A DNA stretch of 64,000 nt from Candidatus Hydrogenedentota bacterium (lineage in GTDB: Bacteria > Hydrogenedentota > Hydrogenedentia > Hydrogenedentales > SLHB01). Below the pieces are notes generated by a model. That model saw only the letters and a list, made by a program, of their open reading frames with translations. It was not told where the DNA came from and did not search any database. Below, piece after piece: positions 57,711 to 64,000 of this stretch; positions within the stretch are counted from its first letter, which is position 1, and each line of letters starts with the position of its first letter. A program made the position numbers and the translations under genes. Location: the NCBI GenBank assembly GCA_963674865.2, contig CAXXYE010000009.1:1824001-1888000 (forward strand). Direction: 5' to 3'.

Positions 57711-58457
57711 TTACATCCCTAATCCGCCGTCTACGGGCACCACGGCGCCGGTAATGTAGCCGGCGACATCGCTGGTGAGGAAGCGCACCACGGCGGCCAC
57801 TTCGTCGACGCTTCCGTGGCGGCGCATCGGGATGCGTTCCATGTATCCCTTCACGACTTCGTCCGAAAGGGCCTCCGTCATGGCGGTCTTGATGTAGCCG
57901 GGGGCAATGGCGTTCACGGTGATGTTCCGCGAGGCCACCTCTTGGGCCAGGGCCTTGGTTAAGCCGATGATGCCCGCTTTGGCGGAGGCGTAATTGGCCT
58001 GGCCGGCTTGGCCGTGGACGCCGACTACGGATGACATGTTGACGATGCGGCCGTAGCGCTGTTTGATCATGTCGCGAATGGCCGCGCGGGAGCAGAAGAA
58101 GGTCCCATTGAGGTGGATGCCGATTACCGTGGCCCATTCCTCATCTTTCATGCGCATGAGGAGGTTATCGCGCGTGACGCCGGCGTTGTTGATGAGAATG
58201 TTAACGGGCCCGAGGTCTTTTGCGATTTGCTTGAAGACCTCGACGACCTCCGCGTTGTCGGCGACATTGAGATGGGCCGCGCATGTCTCGACATTGTAAT
58301 CTGCGGCGATTCGGTCCGCGGTTTCCTTGGCCCCTTCATCGTTGATGTCCAGGATGGCCACGTTGACGCCGTCCGCCGCGAGCGCTTCGGCAATGCTACA
58401 GCCAATACCGCGGGCACTTCCCGTGATCGCGGCGACCTTCTTCGGTTGTTCGCTCAT
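57711..58457 (-). CDS. fabG: 3-oxoacyl-ACP reductase
   Basis: TGSARGIG, NNAGVTRD.L..RM, GQANYASAKAG and VDGG motifs. Confidence 0.95.
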   Translation of the reverse strand: MSEQPKKVAAITGSARGIGCSIAEALAADGVNVAILDINDEGAKETADRIAADYNVETCAAHLNVADNAEVVEVFKQIAKDLGPVNILINNAGVTRDNLLMRMKDEEWATVIGIHLNGTFFCSRAAIRDMIKQRYGRIVNMSSVVGVHGQAGQANYASAKAGIIGLTKALAQEVASRNITVNAIAPGYIKTAMTEALSDEVVKGYMERIPMRRHGSVDEVAAVVRFLTSDVAGYITGAVVPVDGGLGM

Positions 58458-58562
58458 TCGATATGCTCCTTCTTCAAAACGGTCTCTCGACTAGACTGTC
58501 TGTATGCTTCTCTCTTTCGGCATCCGGCGTGGCCACGCGGGAGGTGTCCCACCTCGGGCGGT

Positions 58563-59453
58563 TCAATCGATGGCCAGCGCGTCCGCCGCCTCGAGGGTGC
58601 CCGCGGGCTCAACGGCCGGTGCGCCGTCCATCCGCCGCGCGAGGCCCTGGAGCACATTGCCTGGGCCCACTTCGATGGCGCGGGCCGGGCCGATGAGCTT
58701 CATAACTTCCGTCCACCGCACCGGCGAAGCGATCTGGCGGCCAAGGAGCGCCCGAATCTCCTCCGGCTCCGAAGCGTCCTCGGCGGTAACGGAGGAAATG
58801 TAGCGTGTGGTGGGAGGATGGAAGTCGTGTTTTCCGAGTTCCTCGTGGAAGCGCTCGGACGCGTCGTGCATAAGGTGAGAGTGGAAGGGACCTGACACAT
58901 TCAGCGGGATAACTCGTTTGGCGCCCGCTTCTTTCAGTGTCGTCTGCGCCTCTTGGACTCCCGCCGCCGTGCCTGAGATGATTGTCTGTCCCGGGCCGTT
59001 GTAGTTGGCCACGCCCACGCCCTCAGGGAGGTGCGCTTCGATGGCGTCGGGGGCGAGGCCGATGACCGCGGCCATGGCGCCCGCGGGAACGTCTTCCGAC
59101 ATGAGGCGCGCTCTCGCCTGAACCAATCTCACGGCAGTTTCGAGCGTAAGCACGCCGGCGGCAACCAGCGCGGGAAACTCGCCGATGCTGTGGCCGGCTA
59201 CGCCCGCCGGGGGGCGGCCGGCCGCCACGAGGTGACTACCGATGGCGGCCTCCACCGTGAGCAAGGCGAGCTGTGTTATCTGGGTGTTGCGCAACTCATC
59301 GGCAGAGCCGGTGAAGATGGTGTCCAGGAAACTGGTGTCGGTGAGTGCGGCCACTTCGTCGAATACTTGCCGGGCGGCGCTGGAGCGCTCGTAGAAGTCC
59401 TGGCCCATTCCCGGCTGTTGACTACCTTGGCCTGGAAACAAGAAAAACGTCAC
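58563..59453 (-). CDS. fabD: Malonyl-CoA:ACP transacylase
   Basis: FPGQGSQ, GHSIGE, NYN.P.Q, VSGPFHS and EVGPG motifs. Confidence 0.95.
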   Translation of the reverse strand: MTFFLFPGQGSQQPGMGQDFYERSSAARQVFDEVAALTDTSFLDTIFTGSADELRNTQITQLALLTVEAAIGSHLVAAGRPPAGVAGHSIGEFPALVAAGVLTLETAVRLVQARARLMSEDVPAGAMAAVIGLAPDAIEAHLPEGVGVANYNGPGQTIISGTAAGVQEAQTTLKEAGAKRVIPLNVSGPFHSHLMHDASERFHEELGKHDFHPPTTRYISSVTAEDASEPEEIRALLGRQIASPVRWTEVMKLIGPARAIEVGPGNVLQGLARRMDGAPAVEPAGTLEAADALAID

Positions 59454-60481
59454 GCCGTGTCCTCCTGCTGATCCAGATGCGCCTCCGCGGCCCGGAGTTC
59501 TTCGATTCCTTTACGAATATGTTCGTTCACTTCGCTCTCGACGGCCAGGCCCGCGCCCCGAATCGCATTGGCGACGCCTCGCGCAGAGCAGGCTCCGTGG
59601 AGGATGATCACGGTTCCGTTGACGCCGAGGAGCGGCGCGCCCGGATACTCGTTGGGGTCCGTGGTCTGCCGCAGCCGTTTGAAGGCGCCGCGGCTCAACA
59701 GGGCGCCGACCTTGCTGGTTACCGTGGAGCGTAGGTGGCGTCGCACGAGGGTCGAGATCAGAGCCGCTACCCCTTCGCTGGTCTTGAGTACCACGTTTCC
59801 GACGAAGCCGTCGCAGACGACCACGTCGGCTTCGCCCCGGTATAGGGCCTTCGGCTCGATGTTGCCGATGAAGTTGATTTGCGAGATCGCTTGGAGGTTG
59901 CGGTGCACGGTTTTGGCCAGTTCGTTCCCTTTAAGCTGCTCCTCGCCGATGTTGAGCAGTCCCACGCGCGGATTCTGGACGCCCATCACGCGTTTGGAGT
60001 ACACCATGCCCATTTCGGCGAATTCGCATAGATGGCGCGCCGTACAATCAACGTTGGCCCCTAAGTCGAGCACGAATGCGGGGTCTTTTATGGTGGGAAG
60101 CATCTGGCAGATGGCGGAACGCGCCACGCCGCGAATAGGCCCAAGGACGGTACGCGCGGCCACCATCACGGCGCCGGTGTTGCCCGCGCTAACGACGCCG
60201 TCGGCCTTCCCCTCCTTGACAAGTCGCAGGGCGACAAGCAAGGAGGAGTCTTTTTTCTGCCGGACAGCCATCACCGGGGAGTCATGCATCTTGATGACTT
60301 CCGAGGCCGGGATAATCGAGATCCGCCCCCGGTTGCGATAAGAAGAGAGCATCATCTTCAGCTCTTTCTCATCACCCACAAGGAGCACTTCTATGTCGTT
60401 CTTGCTGGCGGCCTCGATGGCCCCCCCGACTTCGGGCAGGGGCGCCTTGTCCGACCCCATAGCATCGACGGCAATGCGCAT
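59450..60481 (-). CDS. plsX: Phosphate acyltransferase PlsX
   Basis: IAVDAMG.D, SAGNTGA, DLGAN, NIGEE..KG and DGFVGN motifs. Confidence 0.95.
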   Translation of the reverse strand: MRIAVDAMGSDKAPLPEVGGAIEAASKNDIEVLLVGDEKELKMMLSSYRNRGRISIIPASEVIKMHDSPVMAVRQKKDSSLLVALRLVKEGKADGVVSAGNTGAVMVAARTVLGPIRGVARSAICQMLPTIKDPAFVLDLGANVDCTARHLCEFAEMGMVYSKRVMGVQNPRVGLLNIGEEQLKGNELAKTVHRNLQAISQINFIGNIEPKALYRGEADVVVCDGFVGNVVLKTSEGVAALISTLVRRHLRSTVTSKVGALLSRGAFKRLRQTTDPNEYPGAPLLGVNGTVIILHGACSARGVANAIRGAGLAVESEVNEHIRKGIEELRAAEAHLDQQEDTA

Positions 60482-60768
60482 TGAGAGCTCCCGGTGAATC
60501 GTTACCCTTCCCGGCGGGCGTCTTACCCCCGGGCGCTAGCTGGGCCTGGCTGGGCCCTTACAGGATTGCGATTCCGCTCTCACAACCGCATAAACGATAC
60601 TGCACGCACGCTATACGGAAGGGGCGCTTCACCTCACAGGCTTGGCGCCGGCGGATTTTTCAGCGTGTCTCGCGATTTCCCGGGCTACCTCGCCTCATCA
60701 CGCCCGTTCCCCTCTAAATGGAGGGTGGGCGAGACGGGATGAAGGCAGCCCGGCGTAAGCCATTCGCG

Positions 60769-60951
60769 CTAGTCGTTCTCGACGTTGAGGACGAGACGAT
60801 CTTTGTAATGCCCACACTTGGGACACACGCGATGCGGCAGCACCCGCTCGCCGCAGCTTGGGCATTCCGTCAACGCCCGCGCGGACAGTGCGTGATGGGA
60901 GCGCCGTGTGTTACGGCGCGTCTTTCCGGTTCTTCTTTTTGGTACAGGCAC
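60769..60951 (-). CDS. rpmF: 50S ribosomal protein L32 (zinc-binding form)
   Basis: MPVPKRR...RRSH...CPSCG...PHRVCPKCG.Y. Confidence 0.95.
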   Translation of the reverse strand: MPVPKRRTGKTRRNTRRSHHALSARALTECPSCGERVLPHRVCPKCGHYKDRLVLNVEND

Positions 60952-60955
60952 CTGC

Positions 60956-61531
60956 TTACTCCTTCGGATTCTCCGGCCTCAGATCCGGGAACATGTCGGC
61001 CAGTGCCGACAGGCCGGTGTTCTTCGTGTTCATCTCATTACACCTGCAGCGCTTTCGATTGAGATTGGCGCCGCAGATCGGACACAAACCTGCGCAGTCA
61101 TCTTTGCACAGATACTTCGTCGGTGTTGCCAACGCCAGCTCTTCCCACACCGCCGACGCCAGATCAATCTCCATGCCGTCGATCAGTCGCCGCTGCATCG
61201 TGTCGTCGACCTGCCGCCAGTCGTCGTCCGCGTGGTCGGATTCGCGGCCGGGCGCCGCTTCATGCTCCCGTGTGAAACTCCAGAGCACGGGGATGACAAA
61301 TGGCGACGCGGCCCCCTCCAGGCAGCGATCACACGCATGCTCGAAGATGCCCGAAAGCGTTCCGCGAAAGAGGTACTCTTCCCCGATTCTTGTCAGGGCG
61401 CCCGACACGGAAACGGCATCCAAGGGCAACTCGTCCGCGCCTTGCGGCCGCAAATTATCAGCAGCCGCGACGGCGTCGACGGTGACACCCTCTTCCGTTA
61501 CCGTCGATAACGGAAACTTGAGTTCATCCAC
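60956..61531 (-). CDS. yceD: DUF177 / YceD family protein
   Basis: CDRCL and LCKDDCAGLCPICGANLN motifs; conserved position upstream of rpmF. Confidence 0.85.
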   Translation of the reverse strand: MDELKFPLSTVTEEGVTVDAVAAADNLRPQGADELPLDAVSVSGALTRIGEEYLFRGTLSGIFEHACDRCLEGAASPFVIPVLWSFTREHEAAPGRESDHADDDWRQVDDTMQRRLIDGMEIDLASAVWEELALATPTKYLCKDDCAGLCPICGANLNRKRCRCNEMNTKNTGLSALADMFPDLRPENPKE

Positions 61532-61894
61532 AATCTCACCCGCCTGCGCCGTAGCGCGAATAGAGGTAAAGCGTAGCAAACAACCGGTGCATAAGTCAAA
61601 CCCTCGCCGGAGGTTGGGCCCGACTCGACAATGCCTCCGAAGCCGGAGCCGTTCTTCTTGCGAGCGGCTCCGCGGGGACTGCGCTCGCCTGCGAGGCGTG
61701 TATCGTGCTGCATTCACATATCCGGCTGTTGAAGGCCCTGGCCATTTTGTTTAGAATGTCGGTGCGCTCGCTTGAGGTTCCGGCCTGCCGGGGCTTTCGC
61801 TCCGCAGGCGCGGGGATCTCAGCGGGAACCTATATTGGCCGTGAGGAACACGTTTGAGTTACGTCCGACATTGGGGAGAAGGGACTCGCCGGAA

Positions 61895-63013
61895 GTGAGC
61901 GCACTGCCCGCCGTTCCATTGACGCCTCTACCGGAAATCGACCTGAGGCATGTGCTGGTTCTTACGGATGATACAGGTATCGCCCAGCACGCCACCTTTG
62001 GCACCCCGGACCTCCACCACGGCTATTGCACCGATGACAATGCCCGGGCGCTTATCGCGGGTGTGATGGCCAGGGAACTCGGCGTGGGGGAGGAAAAGGC
62101 CAACGGCCGGCAGCCTGATTCGCACACCGAACAGCTCTCCGTCGCCCTCCAACGGTACTTGGCGTTCCTGAACTACGCCTTTGATCCTGAAACGGGGCGC
62201 TTCAGAAACTTCATGGGCTACGACAGAAGATGGCTGGAGGCGGTGGGATCGCAAGATAGCCAGGCCCGGGCGCTTTGGGCGTTGGGAACAGCCACCGCAC
62301 GGGTGCGCGCCGATGCCATCACCGACCTCGCAGAGCATCTTTTCTGCGCTGCGTTGCCCGCCCTGGAGCAATGCGACGCGATCCGGCCTTGGGCCTACGG
62401 GCTTCTGGGCATTTGCGAGTATTTGAAGGTTCATCCAGAGGATGAGGACGCCTCGCAACGGGCTGAGGCGCTCGGCGATCGGCTGCTGCGGGTGCTTCGC
62501 CGTAATGCCAAGTCCGATTGGCCCTGGTGGGAGGATGAACTGACGTGGGGGAACGCGAAGTTGCCCCATGCCCTCATCGAGCACGGCCGCCGCACGGGCA
62601 GCGAGGCGGCGATCGAGGCGGGCGAGAAGGCTCTGCGCTGGCTCCTCAAGGTCCAAACAGGGGAGAAAGGCCGGCTATCCATCATCGGGAACAACGGCTG
62701 GTATACGAGAAATGGGCGCCGCGCCTGTTTCGATCAGCAGCCTATCGAGGCGAAGGCGCTAGTCCAGGCCTGTCTCGCGGCTGCCCGGGTGCGGCCCCAG
62801 GCGTTTTGGGTAGATGAGGCGGCCCGGTGCTTCGAGTGGTTTCTCGGCGGTAACGACTTGGGTATCCCCGTCTACAATCCTGAAACCGGCGGCTGCTACG
62901 ATGGGCTGATGGAGGACTGCGTCAACAAGAATCAGGGGGCGGAGTCCACGCTGGCCTATGTCCTGAGTGTGCTGGAAATCCACGACTACGCTCGGGGAGC
63001 CGCCGTGGAATAG
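61895..63013 (+). CDS. Stand-alone six-hairpin glycosidase-like domain of the type usually fused to GT4 enzymes (start uncertain)
   Basis: TDDTGIAQHA, GYCTDDNARAL, FRNFM.YDR.W, FDQQPIE, GGCYDGL and NQGAESTL motifs. Confidence 0.7.
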   Translation: MSALPAVPLTPLPEIDLRHVLVLTDDTGIAQHATFGTPDLHHGYCTDDNARALIAGVMARELGVGEEKANGRQPDSHTEQLSVALQRYLAFLNYAFDPETGRFRNFMGYDRRWLEAVGSQDSQARALWALGTATARVRADAITDLAEHLFCAALPALEQCDAIRPWAYGLLGICEYLKVHPEDEDASQRAEALGDRLLRVLRRNAKSDWPWWEDELTWGNAKLPHALIEHGRRTGSEAAIEAGEKALRWLLKVQTGEKGRLSIIGNNGWYTRNGRRACFDQQPIEAKALVQACLAAARVRPQAFWVDEAARCFEWFLGGNDLGIPVYNPETGGCYDGLMEDCVNKNQGAESTLAYVLSVLEIHDYARGAAVE

Positions 63014-63060
63014 GCCCGCCGGGGATGGTATCGGCCTGAGGAAGGCCCCCATCTCGTCCT

Positions 63061-63999
63061 CTACTGGACCTTTTTCGCTTCTTGATAGACCTGCTCAATT
63101 GCCGAGGCAATCTCGCTCGGAGCATGGTGCTCGGAGGCTGTGGCGCGCGCGTTTTCGCCCAGTTTGGCCCGCAGGCCCGGCGTCGTCAGGAGCCTCATTA
63201 GCGCCGCCGCGAATGCCTCATCATCATCATCGGGCGTCACTAATCCGTCGTGCTCGTGCGTCAATGGGTGCGCCGCGCTCGCACACGCCACCATCGCCTT
63301 CCCGGCCGCCATGGCGTTGAGCAGCTTGATAGGATAGCCGGACCACGATGTGCGGGGGCAGGCGAATACCGCATCCTGTCTGAGCACACGCTGAAGCGCG
63401 CCGAAGTCTGAAGTGCGCACCATTTCCGCGCCCGGAACCTCCCCATGCGCGGCCGTGGCTACGCACAGCCGCGTCCCGGGTAGTCGCTCGCGCACGCGCG
63501 CCATCGCCCGGAGCAGCAGATCGAGATTCTGATAGGGGTCAAGGTTCCCTGTATACAGCACCGGAGGGATTTCTCCCGCTTGTTCACCCGGCTCGAACAG
63601 GCCGACTTCTACGGATGGCGGAATGATGGCGATACGCTCGCGCCGGCAGCCGCACTCGGCCAGGTAGTCCGCGAGCCGCTGGTGGGGCGCGATGACGAAG
63701 TCCGCCCGCTTAGGCAAGTGCCGATCCATCCACGCGCCGAGCCGGGCCGAGATGCGGCGGGAGCGGAAGTAGTGGGGGAGTTCATCCGCCATGGCGTTGT
63801 GGGCGTGGTAGATGATGGGGCGCGCACGGGCCGTGAGTGCGACTACGAGTCCCTCGTAGTTGTGGGCGTGAACGATCTCGATGCGTTTCTGCCGGAGCAC
63901 CCGCCGCAACGTGGCCGCGAGGGCGAGGTCGAGCAGCGGCTTGGCGGGGGATGGCCCTGCCGCCGTGCGGCGTGCGAACGGGATTCGAGGGCAGCGGTG
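63061..63999 (-). CDS. GT4 family glycosyltransferase, 5'-truncated by the window edge
   Basis: VHAHNYE, YTGNL..YQ and GYPIKLLNAMAAG motifs; frame is open to the window end. Confidence 0.85.
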   Translation of the reverse strand, partial: HRCPRIPFARRTAAGPSPAKPLLDLALAATLRRVLRQKRIEIVHAHNYEGLVVALTARARPIIYHAHNAMADELPHYFRSRRISARLGAWMDRHLPKRADFVIAPHQRLADYLAECGCRRERIAIIPPSVEVGLFEPGEQAGEIPPVLYTGNLDPYQNLDLLLRAMARVRERLPGTRLCVATAAHGEVPGAEMVRTSDFGALQRVLRQDAVFACPRTSWSGYPIKLLNAMAAGKAMVACASAAHPLTHEHDGLVTPDDDDEAFAAALMRLLTTPGLRAKLGENARATASEHHAPSEIASAIEQVYQEAKKVQ

Positions 64000-64000
64000 A

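Overview
A 64-kb GC-rich bacterial chromosomal window with no prophage, transposase, CRISPR array, rRNA or tRNA that I can recognise. Gene style (a 'GCP' lipobox adhesin, many Gfo/Idh/MocA, UroD-like, DUF6807 and heparinase genes) suggests Candidatus Hydrogenedentota or a similar lineage; this is inference only. It encodes housekeeping genes (argS, pfp, panE, a thyA-like gene, rpmF-plsX-fabD-fabG), sugar catabolism, nucleotide-sugar and sulfur activation (sat, rfbC, rfbD, ugd), a corrinoid methyl-transfer cluster, a Zrg-like metal ABC system and a 1846-aa IPT/FG-GAP surface lipoprotein. The most striking features are: (1) three dispersed 49-55 aa genes (two absent from the ORF track, the third hidden inside a longer track ORF) sharing an M[KR]H[ILV]...PxxA leader followed by a hydrophobic/amphipathic helix; (2) a sulfotransferase divergent from a flippase-like/sulfatase-fold fusion with a Thr at the nucleophile position, next to a GT-C glycosyltransferase, a candidate cell-surface sulfation system; (3) a ~157-bp self-complementary intergenic element in four copies with covarying stems; (4) three families of non-autonomous repeats nested inside one another; and (5) a circularly permuted IPT/TIG domain inserted in an ABC permease. 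Start codons were adjusted by hand using RBS and family N-termini.
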